Program-made: the position numbers and the translations under genes | The notes under the pieces: model-generated | What the model was told of the DNA's origin: nothing | The model's database searches: none | What the model saw: the letters and a program-made list of their open reading frames with translations, nothing else | From: Malacoraja senta | Taxonomy: Eukaryota | Direction: 5' to 3' | DNA: 64,000 nt | NCBI GenBank assembly: GCA_038087875.1 | Contig: CM076002.1 | Span: 124,001-188,000, forward strand | In this document: piece after piece, positions 25,222 through 36,299 of the stretch | Layout of the letters: each line of letters begins with the position of its first letter | How positions within the stretch are numbered: position 1 is the stretch's first letter

Positions 25222-26199
25222 TTATATATTTGTAGATTCTAAAACTCTTTCTGCAAATAACACAGGTTCTGCTAGCGGCTTGTTGTAGAACGTTTGGAAC
25301 GTTTTCTCCTTGGACCACCCCGCTGTAGCCAGGATGTGGTCCAGTGGCACGTCCATCCTTTTAGCCGCCGATGTGGATGCTGCCCTGGTGGAGTGAGATG
25401 TATATACGTCAGTATCTACTCCAGCAGCTCCCAGTACCTGCTTGAGCCATCTTGAGATGGTTTGGCTCGACACCCGACCATGAGGTTTCTTGTGGCTAAC
25501 CCATAAGGCTTTTTCTCTCCCTCTGGAATCTCTTGTTGTGTTGATGTAAGTGAGTAAGTGAGTCATGACACACAACCGTGGGTCAGGTGGGTATGCCCGG
25601 AAATCCATAATTAGGCCTGAAGTTCCTGGCCTGCTCTGCTTTACCAGCTCCTGAATGGTGAATGAGACCCGGTCTGGTGTTATAACCATGTTGTCCAGTC
25701 GCAATAAGTGGAGGGACTGGACTCTTTGTGCTGAGACTAGTGCCATCAGCATGACCGTTTTCAGGGTTAGCTGTTCCAGGGTGAGAGACCTGGCTGGTGA
25801 CCATCCCCTTAGGTATGTCAGGACCACACTGACATCCCAGATTTGGGTGCACCTAGGTCTAGGGGGGTTGGAGTTGAATATACCCCTCATGAGTTTGATC
25901 ACCAGCGGGTGAGACCCTATGGTCTGTTGTCCTGGTACTTGTTTTAAGTAGGCTGACAGAGCACTTCTGGCAGTATTGATGGCGCTGTAGCTCAGTCCTT
26001 CATTATGGTGAAGGCCAGCCAGGAACTCCAGTACATTGGTTATGGTTGTAGATGAGTATGTTGTCCCAGTATTCGAGCAGTATCTTTCCCACTTCCTGAT
26101 GCTCGATAGGTATTGTTTCCTGGTGGACATACGGTGGGACGCTGTCATCGTGTTGATGGTCCTGTCAGACAATCCCAGGCCCACCAGTGGTCTTTTCAT
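25222..26199 (-). CDS. DIRS tyrosine recombinase, open frame
   Basis: SAQRVQ (R), SHSTR (HxxR), AGWS (W) and FYNK (Y) catalytic motifs. First ATG at 26199. Confidence 0.85.
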   Translation of the reverse strand: MKRPLVGLGLSDRTINTMTASHRMSTRKQYLSSIRKWERYCSNTGTTYSSTTITNVLEFLAGLHHNEGLSYSAINTARSALSAYLKQVPGQQTIGSHPLVIKLMRGIFNSNPPRPRCTQIWDVSVVLTYLRGWSPARSLTLEQLTLKTVMLMALVSAQRVQSLHLLRLDNMVITPDRVSFTIQELVKQSRPGTSGLIMDFRAYPPDPRLCVMTHLLTYINTTRDSRGREKALWVSHKKPHGRVSSQTISRWLKQVLGAAGVDTDVYTSHSTRAASTSAAKRMDVPLDHILATAGWSKEKTFQTFYNKPLAEPVLFAERVLESTNI

Positions 26200-28128
26200 A
26201 ATCTGCAACCCAGTAGGTTAATTTTGTCATGGCATGGATGACTTATGCCTGATACCGGGTGAGTCAATAGGTCTGGGCTATTGGGAAAGGTCATAGGAGT
26301 TTCGATGACCATGTCGAGGACCACTGGGAACCATGGCTGTGTAGGCCAGTCGGGTACTATCAAATACCTGAAGCAGAGTCCATCTGTATTTTGTGTAGTA
26401 CCCTACTGATGAGGCAGAAGGGGGGAAAAGCATAAAATAAATAGTTTCCCCAGTTCAGCGCGAATGCATCTATCGCTGCTGCCTCAGGGTCTGGTTCCCA
26501 AGCGACATACATTGGTACCTGGTGATTTAGTCTGGATGCAAAGAGATCGATATCTGGTGTGCCATATTGCTTTGTAATTTTAGCAAAAGCTTTAGGATTT
26601 AGCATCCATTCGGTGTTATCATTGAATTTGCGTGACCTGGTGTCTGCCACTGTATTTAGCTTACCTGGTAGGTAAGTTGCTGATAGCCAAATATGTCTAT
26701 CGACACACCATTGCCAGATTTTGTTGACCAAATTGTCACATGATATCGATTTTATTCCGCCCATATGGTTAATATAGGCCACCACCGTGGTATTATCAAT
26801 CTGTAAACGAACATGTAAATGGTGCATATTCGTAGAATATGCTTTTAGCCATAAAACGCACCCAACATTTCCAAATAATTTATGCCCAGTGTTTGTAGTA
26901 AAGATGATTCTAGGTTAGTCCATCTACCACCTGTGCTGGATATGGTATTAGTTGCTCCCCAGCCTTGAGCACTGGCATCTGTTTGTATAGTTAACGTTGG
27001 GTTATTGATGATGATAGGGCTGGAACTATGCCAAATGTGTTCTATCCACCACTGTAACTCTGATATTGCTTCAATGGGTAATTTCATGGTTCGGTCAAAG
27101 TGACCTGCATGTCGTTTTAACGCCTGTACTTTTGCCCTTTGTAGGTTTTGATAGTGCAGAGGTCCAAATTGTGTAGCTGGAAATGCTGCTACCATTTTGC
27201 CAATTACTCTTGCCACTTGTCGGATGGTTGGTCGATCGCTAACCATTAAATTGTTACACGTCTGTGCCAATTCTGCTGCTTTATCTTTTGGCAACTTTAC
27301 AGACATGTGGACTGAGTTAATTGTGAATCCCAGATAGTCCATAGTTTTGGATGGTGTCAACTTAGATTTATCTGGATGTAAGACAAATCCCAGGGTTTCA
27401 AACAATTGTTTGGTAGCTAATACAGCTGATTTAGCCAACTCCATGGTTTTGCCTACTATTAGAATATCATCAAGATATGCCATGACAATATGTCTCTGTG
27501 TTCTTAATGTTGCCAAGGCTGGTTTTAATATCTTGGTAAATGGTCATGGGTCTGATGTTAACCCATTAGGCAATGCTTTAAACTGCCATAGTTGCCCCAT
27601 CGAGGTAAATTTCAGGTATCTGCGATGACCCCTTTGAATGGGTACTGTATAGTAGGCATCTTTTAAATCAATGCTTGCCATAAAGTATCCTTTGGAAATG
27701 AGTTGTTTGGCAGTTACAAATGTTTCCATTTAAAAATGTATATACTTAACAAAGGTATTTAGTGAGGTTAAGTCAATGATGATGCGACATCCACCATCTT
27801 TTTTGTTTTTGGTAAATATATTTGAGACAAATTCCAAAGGTTCATGTTTGGATTTCTCAATGATACCCTTTGTAAGTAACCTCACCAGTTCTGCTTGACC
27901 CTCTAGTTTTTCTTTGACTGAGAGGGTAAAGACCCTTTGGGGTACATGCTGAACTGGTGGCATATTTTCTTGAATGAACTCTATTTTGTATCCACGAATA
28001 CTGTTAAGTATATAACTATCATTCGTGATAGACCTCCATGCTTCAATGAACAGGTGTAATCTCCCCCCTGTTAGTACAGTTCCCCCACTTTTTATATGCT
28101 GGTAGGAACCAGACCCACCTACCTCCAT
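26200..28128 (-). pseudogene. DIRS-A pol (RT-RNase H-methyltransferase-like), disrupted
   Basis: GGRL, IIDL, YLDD, TDAS, DLFAS and AFPPF split over several ORFs by stops and frameshifts. Confidence 0.85.
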
Positions 28129-30188
28129 AGTTATGGGAGTGTTCCTTTCTTCGGTTTCTTCATCCGTCGTTGTACTGCTGGATGTACTGCTGGTTGGGGG
28201 TGGCGCATTTCCATGGGGTCCGCTCTGGGTCCTGGCCTAAAAACGGCTTTCGGGGATGGTATGCGGACCCCGAGCTTTCACCAGTCCCATAGGTTTGACG
28301 TCGACTGGTGGACGCGGTGGGGTACTGCCATCTGGGTTGTGTGGGTCTGCTCGTTCCGGGGCCTGCCCTCATGAGGCCAAATGCTTTGGACTCTTCCTCC
28401 AGGTCTTTCACTTGTTTTGACAAGTCCTTTCCAAATAACAGGATCTGTGGCCGGTGTTTTGCACAGTCCTGCATATTTGGGATTGAGGGCAGGTCTTATT
28501 ATCTCCTTGCGGAGGTTGTTTATCTCATATTGAGTGTTGCACAGCAGAGCCAGAGTGTCTTGCTGGTTGGTGGTCATATCCACCCCATCCACGGAACGAG
28601 CATAGGATGTTATACCTGTTGTCAGGAGCTTGAGGATACGCTGCAATTTTAGTTCCTGGTTTCGGATACTCTGTCCAACATACCCCCAGATTTGGCTGTT
28701 AACGGCCGGTACGTTGAGTGAACTGCAGTTCTCCGGAGGCGAGTAGAGTTCTAGTGCCTCATTGACTACCTGTTTTTGTAGGGGTTTGAGGGACAGGTAG
28801 TCAATGCTGGCCGCCAGTTTTGGCTACAACGGCCGCCCTGCTCGTGGTGTAGCCACATAGCGATTCACCACACCCAGCAGCTCTTCCTGGTCCTGTACCC
28901 CATGCGTACTCCCGATATCTTCGGCCAATGACCCCTGTTCCTGACCAGCCCAGCCCTGGTCGCCAACGCTGCCCTCGGCTGAGGGTGAAGTGATGGCCAG
29001 TGCATTGTAAGGCCCTGGTGTGGGAGTGCCTGAATTCCCTTGGCGAGACTGCTCCAGCTCCCGAAGCAAGTCTCGCTGGAGCATTTGCTCCATGAGCCTT
29101 TCCATGCGGCTCAGGCGGCTACCTCTGCCGCTCTCAGGCGGAGAGTCCTCCTCATCGGAGTTATCAGATATCACCGGCCGGTCAGTTTTTCGTTTTGATT
29201 TACCTCCAGTCCGCTGCTGTTGGTCAGGCTGCACTAGCGGTACTGGGCTCGGCTCGGTCTCAATGATAGTGGACCACAGCATGTGCGGTCCAGGTGCCGC
29301 CTCTCGCCCCCCACTGATGGGACACTCCTGTTCTGTTGGAGATGAACGGGGGGTGGTCTTTTTCCCTTGCCGTGCTTTGCTCATTTTTCCAGCTTCTTCA
29401 ACCTGGAATTCACAAAGCAGAGCAAAGCTTCCTAAGTACGACCTCAGAGTAAGTACTTACCTGATGGTCTGCTTTTTAAAACTTGTAGCGGGAGCGCCTG
29501 TACTCCCGTTCGTCGCTGTTGCACTGCGTGAACACTAATATCGCGCATGCGTGCTGGACGGATTCTTCACGTAGTCACTCACGTGACTCCGAAGTAAATT
29601 TCCACGTTTTCTCTTGCCTCCCTCAATAACCTGGGATAGATCCCATCAGGTCCAGGGTATTTATCCACATTAATGCTCTTCAAGAGCCGCAACACGTCCT
29701 CCTCCTTACTCTCACACCGGCCTTGCATATTAGCATTCCCCACACTGATCTCACTGTGCTCCATGTCCTTCTCCTTGGTGAAAACAGATGCAAAGTACTC
29801 GTTTTGTACCTTGACCACATAACAGATGCAAAGTACTCGTTTCGAACCTCGCCTACACCCCCAGACCAAGCAGAGTCCCTCCTTTATCCTTGTGCGGTCC
29901 TACCTTCTCCCAGGTTAACTCTCGTTTTTAATGTAGGTATAAACTACAAATTTAAACTATAGATTTTCTTTACTCCGCCTCACCAAAGCCAAAGCTTTTT
30001 GCCCTTCCAATCGCCCGCAAGTTCTTTCCTCCTTTCTTTATATTCCTGGAAGGCCCAGGCTGATTCCAACCTCTTAAAACCTGCTTGCACTTTTTGACCA
30101 AATTTCCAACCTCTTTGGTCATCAATAGTTCCCTTACGTTGCCATCCTTGGTCAGCTGGTCTTTAAACAACTCCCACAAGTCAGGAAA

Positions 30189-30680
30189 AGGCACAAAGTG
30201 CTGGAGTAACTCAGCGGGTCAGGCAGCATCTCTGGAGAACATGGATATGTGACGTTTCAGGTCAGGACTCTTGTTCATACTGATGTCTCTTCAGTCTGAA
30301 GGGTCAGAACCGGAAATGTCATCTATCCATGTTCTCCAGAGATGCTGCCTGACCCGCTGAGTTACTCCAGCACTCTGTGAAACGTCTCCTATCCATGTTC
30401 TCCACAGATGCTGCCTGATCCGCTGAGTTACTCCAGCACTCTGTGAAACGTCTCCTATCCATGTTCTCCACAGATGCTGCCTGATCCGCTGAGTTATTCC
30501 AGCACTCTGTGAAACGTCACCTATCCATGTTCTCCAGAGATGCTGCCTGACCCGCTGAGTTATTCCAGCACTCTGTGAAACGTCACCTATCCATGTTCTC
30601 CAGAGATGCTGCCTGATCCGGTTACTTCAGCACTTTGTGCCTTTTGTTCTGTAAAACAGCATCTGCAGTTCCTTGTTTCC
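30189..30680. repeat. Penelope-terminus-derived repeat: inverted pair plus ~5 tandem 66-bp units
   Basis: GAAACGTC...TGAGTTACTCCAGCACTCTGT unit at 30379, 30445, 30511 and 30577. Inverted copy at 30189-30290. Confidence 0.65.
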
Positions 30681-31042
30681 CCACATATTAGATGTGGATT
30701 TACCCAGCAACTGCTCCTAATATACTCCCCCTGGTTCTTGATTCCTCTACTCTGGAAACAAGACTATCTATTGAACCTATCTATTCCTCGCATGATTTCA
30801 TACACCTCTATAAGATCACCCCTCATCCTCCTGCGCTCCAGGGTATAGAGTCATAGTTAGTACTAGGACTTGGAGAGAAAAACCTGCAGGTGGTGGCGCG
30901 TCCCTGCCCATTTGAGGCAGAGGAGGGGTCAGAGGTTGGCGGCTGTGGCATTTCTCCTGGCGAGGAGGAAATGGGGGGGGGGGGTGTTGTGAGCCAGCGG
31001 TGTGTTGTGTACTCCCCCACACTCTGTGCTGGTCTCCCCCAG

Positions 31043-31152
31043 GCGTGACGGTGAATGCGGTTCATCCCGGGGTAGTGATGACGGAGATCATGAGGAACTA
31101 CGGACTGCTTCTGAGGATCATCTTGAACCTGATTGGGTTCTCCTTCTTCAAG
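31043..31152 (+). CDS. RDH11/12-like SDR, exon 5
   Basis: CCCCAG| acceptor. GVTVNAVHPGVVMTEIMRNY...FSFFK. Donor AAG|GTGAGA. 110 nt, phase 1-0. Confidence 0.9.
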
Positions 31153-31739
31153 GTGAGAGGCCGCCAGACTCTCCCACTGAGGGGCTCTGGGGTCAACAGC
31201 GAGTCACAGCTCCGTACAGCACAGAAACTGGCCCTTCGGCCCACCCTGTCCGTGCCCACCATGTTGACAAACTGGGCCAGTCCCATTTGCCTGCATTTGG
31301 TCCATATCCCTCTAAATCCTTCCCCATCCACGTATCTGTCCAAATGTCTTTTAAAATTCATCATTGTATCCACTTCTGCAGCTCATTCATAGAACAGCAA
31401 CAGGCCCTTCAGCCCACAATGACTGTGCTGAACACAATGCCCAGACAATTTACAGCATGTGATCCATATCCATCCATTCCCTCCATATCCACATGCCAAT
31501 CCAGAAGCTTCTTAAACACCACTACTGTATCTGCCTCCCCCACCACCCCTGGCAGTGTGTTCCAGGCACCCACCAGCCTCTGTGTAAGTGAACTGTGTAG
31601 CTGCGCTCCTAGATCCCTCTGCTCTACAACACTCCCCCAGAGCTCGATCATTCACTGTGTAGGTCCCGCCCAGGTTAGACTTCCCAAAAGTCCCACACGT
31701 CGTTATGTGTTCTGCTAGGTAAGAGGGGTGACGTGGTGT

Positions 31740-33145
31740 TGGGGAGAGGGGGTGTTTGTGTGGGGAGGGGAGGTGTGTGTGTGTGGAGGGTGTGTGTGTG
31801 TGGAGGGAGTGTGTGTATGGGGAGGGTGTGTGTGTATGGGGAGGGTGTGTGTGTGGGGGGAGAGGGTGTGTGTGGGGAGAGGGTGTGTGTGTGTGGGGAG
31901 GGGGTGTGTGTGTGGGAGGGGTGTGTGTGGGGAGAGGGGGTGTGTGTGTGGGAGGGGTGTGTGTGTGTGGGGAGGGTGTGTGTGTGTGGGGAGCGTGTGT
32001 GTGTGTGGGGAGGGTGTGTGTGTGGGGGGAGGGGGTGTGTGTATGGGGAGGGTGTGTGTGTGTGGGAGGGGGTGTGTGTGGGGGAGAGGGGGTGTGTGTG
32101 TGGGAGAGGGTGTGTGTGTGTGGGGAGGGTGTGTGTGTGGGAGGGGGTGTGTGTGTGGGAGAGGGTGTGTGTGTGGGGAGGGGGTGTGTGTGGGGAGGGT
32201 GTGTGTGGGGGTGTGTGTGGGGAGGGTGTGTGTGTGTGGGAGAGGGTGTGTGTGGGGAGGGTGTGTGTGTGGGGGGAGAGTGTGTGTGTGGGGAGGGTGT
32301 GTGTGGGGGAGAGGGTGTGTGTGTTCGTGGGGGAGAGGGTGTGTGTGTGGGGAGAGGGTGTGTGTGTGGGGAGAGGGGTGTGTGGGGAGGGTGTGTGTGG
32401 GGAGAGGGTGTGTGTGTGGAGAGGGGGTGTGTGGGGAGAGGGTGTGTGTGTGTNNNNNNNNNNNNNNNNNNNNNNNNNNNNNNNNNNNNNNNNNNNNNNN
32501 NNNNNNNNNNNNNNNNNNNNNNNNNNNNNNNNNNNNNNNNNNNNNNNNNNNNNNNNNNNNNNNNNNNNNNNNNNNNNNNNNNNNNNNNNNNNNNNNNNNN
32601 NNNNNNNNNNNNNNNNNNNNNNNNNNNNNNNNNNNNNNNNNNNNNNNNNNNNNGTGTGGGGAGAGGGTGTGTGTGTGGGGAGAGGGGGTGTGTGGGGAGG
32701 GTGTGTGTGGGGAGAGGGTGTGTGTGTGGAGAGGGGGTGTGTGGGGAGAGGGTGTGTGTGTGTGGGGAGAGGGGGTGTGTGGGGAGAGGGGGTGTGTGTG
32801 TGGGGAGAGGGGGTGTGTGTGTGGGGAGAGGGTGTGTGTGTGTGGGGGGAGGGTGTGTGTGTGGGGAGGGTGTGTACGTGGGGAGGGGGTGTGTTTGGGG
32901 AGAAGGTGTGAGTGAGGGTGTGTGTGGGGAAGGTGTGTGTGTGGGGAGGGGGTGTGTGTGGGGAAGGGGTGTGTGTGGAGTGTGTTCGCGGAGGGCGTGT
33001 GTGGGCGTGTGTATGGGGAGGGGTGTGTGAGGGCAGGGTGTGTGTGGGGAGGGGGTGTGTACAGAGGTTGTGTGCGGGCTGTGTATGGGGAGGGGGTGTG
33101 TGTGTCTGGGGGTGTGTGCGGGACGTGGGTGTGTGGGGAGAGGGG
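31740..33145. repeat. (TG)n/G-run compound microsatellite in intron 5 with 200-N gap (32454-32653)
   Basis: Low-complexity GGGGAGAGGG(TG)n array, read directly. Confidence 0.95.
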
Positions 33146-33167
33146 TAACGCTGTCCGTGTTTTACAG

Positions 33168-33371
33168 TCAGCGGAGGAGGGAGCGGTCAGTTCCATCTAC
33201 TGCTCCGTGTCAAAGGAGATGGAGGGAGTGAGCGGCAAGTACATCGACAGTGACTGCTCCCTCAGCCTGCCCTCCCCCTCGGCCCAGGACCCTCACCTGG
33301 CCACCGAACTCTGGGACGTCAGCAGCTCCCTCACCGGCCTGGAGAGGAAGGGACGCGGAGAGACGGAGTAA
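33168..33371 (+). CDS. RDH11/12-like SDR, exon 6 (terminal coding exon)
   Basis: TTTTACAG| acceptor. SAEEGAVSSIYCSVSKEMEGVSGKYIDSDC...LWDVSSSLTGL...stop. Total spliced CDS 1011 nt. AATAAA near 33652 and 33678. Confidence 0.9.
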   Translation, partial: SAEEGAVSSIYCSVSKEMEGVSGKYIDSDCSLSLPSPSAQDPHLATELWDVSSSLTGLERKGRGETE

Positions 33372-33641
33372 TGGGAGATTGAGGGGCACAGGGGTGACGG
33401 AACTACAGGGTGATGGGGTAATGGGAGACATGGGCCCGGGGAGATGGGGTAACGGGAGATTGAGGGGCGCGGGGTGACGGAACTACAGGGTGATGGGGTA
33501 ATGGGAGACATGGGCCCGGGGAGATGGGGTAACGGGAGATTGAGGGGCCCGGGGTGACGGAACTACAGGGTGATGGGGTAATGGGAGACATGGGCCCGGG
33601 AGATGGGGTAACGGGAGATTGAGGGGCGCGAGGTGACGGTA
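33369..33641 (+). repeat. 80-bp minisatellite, ~3.4 copies, in the RDH 3' UTR
   Basis: AACTACAGGG recurs at 33401, 33481 and 33561. Confidence 0.9.
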
Positions 33642-34091
33642 CTACCACACAAATAAATATATAACAATCAATAATATAATAAATGAACATGCTAATGCTA
33701 GGTGACCACAACAGTGCAGTCTCGAGGTCCGTAGTGCACAACCTGTTGACACAATCTATTGACAATCACAGTTGCTGAGGTCAGTGTTGTGCAGTGTGCA
33801 AGAGCCTGATGGTTATTGGGAAGAAGCTGTTCTTGAACCTGAAGCTCACGGTTCTCAGGCTCCTGAAGATAGCAGCAAGATGAGAGAGTGGCCAGGGTGT
33901 GTGGGTCTTTGATGATGCTGGCTGCCTTTTTGACCCGTATCTCTCTAAACCAAGCGCAGGTCTACACTCCAGTAGTTATAGTAATTGAAACTGTAGATAA
34001 CAGTTTATTGTAGTTAACCATTTCTACCAATAATAAACCAATACTAATACCAATTATTGTTGTCTTTATCTGTGTTCTAATTCACATTAGA

Positions 34092-34460
34092 AGGGTGACA
34101 CATTGGCACAGCTGGTAGAAGTGCTGCTCCATATCCTGGGATGTTGTCTGTGTGGAGTTTGTCCGTTCTCCCTCTGACCGCAAGGGTTTCCTCCAGAAGC
34201 TCCGGTCTTCTCCCACACATCAAAAATGTGAAGGTTTGCTGGTTAATTTGTCTCTGTAAAATCAATGGCCCTCATGTGTAGAGGTTGGATAAGAAAGTGG
34301 GATAAGATAGAACTCTCGACCAGAAACGGCACCGATCCATGATCTCCAGGGATGTTGCCTGATCTGCTGAGTTACCCAGCACTTTGTGGCCACTAGTGTG
34401 AACAGGTGATCGATGGATGCCATGAACTCAGTGGGCCGAATGCTGTTTCCATGTTACATC
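34092..34460 (+). mobile_element. Degenerate V-SINE
   Basis: TGTGTGGAGTTTGTCCGTTCTCCC...GCTCCGGTCTTCTCCCACA V-domain-like core. Confidence 0.6.
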
Positions 34461-36057
34461 TCGAAACTTTATGTTTACGAAGCATAAAACATCACTGCAA
34501 TTTTGTGCATGGGGAGAGGAGAAAGAGATTCTCGTAAGATGGTCTCCAAGGGAATGTATCCTTCAGTTAATGAATAAAGTTCTTTATATCTACCATCTTT
34601 AGTGTGTCCAGTGACTCAGTTTAGTCACATCATACTCTATTCATTAATCCAACTCCTGCGATTACACTGTGGAAGTGAATGTGTAGCAAATGTCTGCTGC
34701 AAAGTTGCCTCTCTCTGCCCGCAGTGTGCGAGTGGGGGCACTGAGCCCGTGGGAGGTGGGCAGGAGGGATGCTGGTTGTGGGCACACAGCTCCCGCTCTG
34801 CAACACCTCATCTCCCGGGACCCGCGGCTCATTCCCTCCTGGTCACTCTGGCAAACAAAGGGTGCATCGGCCCCAGAAACATACTTTGCGCGGAAAGCAC
34901 AAGATGGCGCTGCCGCACTGTAAGTGCAAAGGCTGACAGTAAACCTGTGACAATCCGACTCTGGAGAAATCCCAATGTGTCTAATCCACAGGACATTGAC
35001 CCGAAATGTCACCCATCCCTCTCCAGAGATGCTGCCTGTCCTGCTGAGTTATTCCAGCAATTTGTGTCTACGGTGTAAACCAGCATCTGCAGTTCCTTTC
35101 TACACATCTAATCCACAGGTGATGTTCTGGCCCCTGAAACTTACTGGGGCCCCGTAACCTGTGATCAAGGTTTGATAGGGGCATTGGAGAAAACAACTCA
35201 CTTTTCATAGAGTTACACAGTGTGGAAACAGGCCCTTAGACACAACTTGCCTGCACTGACCAACATGTCCCATCTACACTAGTCCCATCTGCCTGCATTT
35301 GGCCCACATCTGCCTGCGTTCTCATGAAGTAATGCTACTTTAGGTATTATCAGGTACTACTTATGTGCACGTTCTGCATCTGAGATGCTTATCTAAGATG
35401 TATCCAGGTGTGTTTGTGTAGTGATATGTACTCAACTGTGTACCAAAATAAATTTCACTGAACCTCGGTACATGCGACAAATAAAGTACAATACAGTACA
35501 ATTGAATTGAACCCTTCTCCTCCACTTTCTCCGTGGGTTGTGACCACAATAGTAGGTCAGCTATGCCTTCTTTCTTTCTTCAGACAGACTTTCCAAATCT
35601 TTCCTCTTCCACTTCAGTTCCCCCACAGCCATCAGTTCTCTGAGATTTCAAACATTTTCCAATCTTCTCTTCAACGACCTGCAATGAATTTGATTCCACA
35701 AGCCTCTGGGTAAAGAATTCCAGAAATTCACCAACTGTTGAGAAAAGCTTCCGAAGCATCTGCGGAAATCCTGGGGAGCCAATGCCCCCCACATGTTTTG
35801 TGAAACGTTGCAGCAAAATCGCCTTGGAATTTTACATTTTTAAAATGCTCTCGGGTTTAATGAGCACTGCAGAACGCTTGGAGTCGTTTATCACTTGATT
35901 CCTCGGAGACGAAAACAATTTGTTAACTGCCACTGTTAGCGCTTGTTAACTGCCAGTAGTTAACATCGTATTAACACTGTTATACAATGTGTCACCAATA
36001 CATCAATATGCATTCCTCAGTAAATATAATTAAGTTTTGACTTTCAAGTATTACTTA

Positions 36058-36293
36058 AGGGCCTGGCCCACTTGGCCGTCATTTGCGCGTAATTTACGCG
36101 ACATCATTTATGCATCACGACGCACGCGCATGGTGCGCATTATGAGCGCATGGTGTGCATCACGTGTGCATGGTGCGTGGTGACATAGGCAGTGACGCGC
36201 GGTCGCGCACGGCGCCCCAGGATTTTGGGATGTACAAAATCTTCGCACGCCATCTGCGTAACGCGCAAATGACGGCCAAGTGGGATAGGCCCT
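36058..36293. mobile_element. PIF/Harbinger MITE
   Basis: TIR AGGGCCT(G/A)(G/T)CCCACTTGGCCGTCATTTGCGCGT and TTA target duplication on both sides. Confidence 0.85.
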
Positions 36294-36299
36294 TTACTT

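Larger units (their letters stand above)
24721..29598 (-). mobile_element. Full-length DIRS1-type tyrosine-recombinase retrotransposon (DIRS-A)
   Basis: gag (from 29384); RT/RNase H (DLKDAY, YLDD, TDAS, INYLE, DNTT); MT-like YAFPPF; YR. Inverted termini plus an internal complementary region at ~24942-25053 matching both ends. Confidence 0.95.

Noticed and set aside
26360..26560. Adenine-methyltransferase-like motif (DLFAS...AFPPF) as a novel system
   Set aside because: Known standard domain of DIRS1-group pol.
31715..33196. Long His/Thr/Pro- and Cys/Val/Gly-rich ORFs
   Set aside because: Translations of a (TG)n/G-run microsatellite spanning an N gap.
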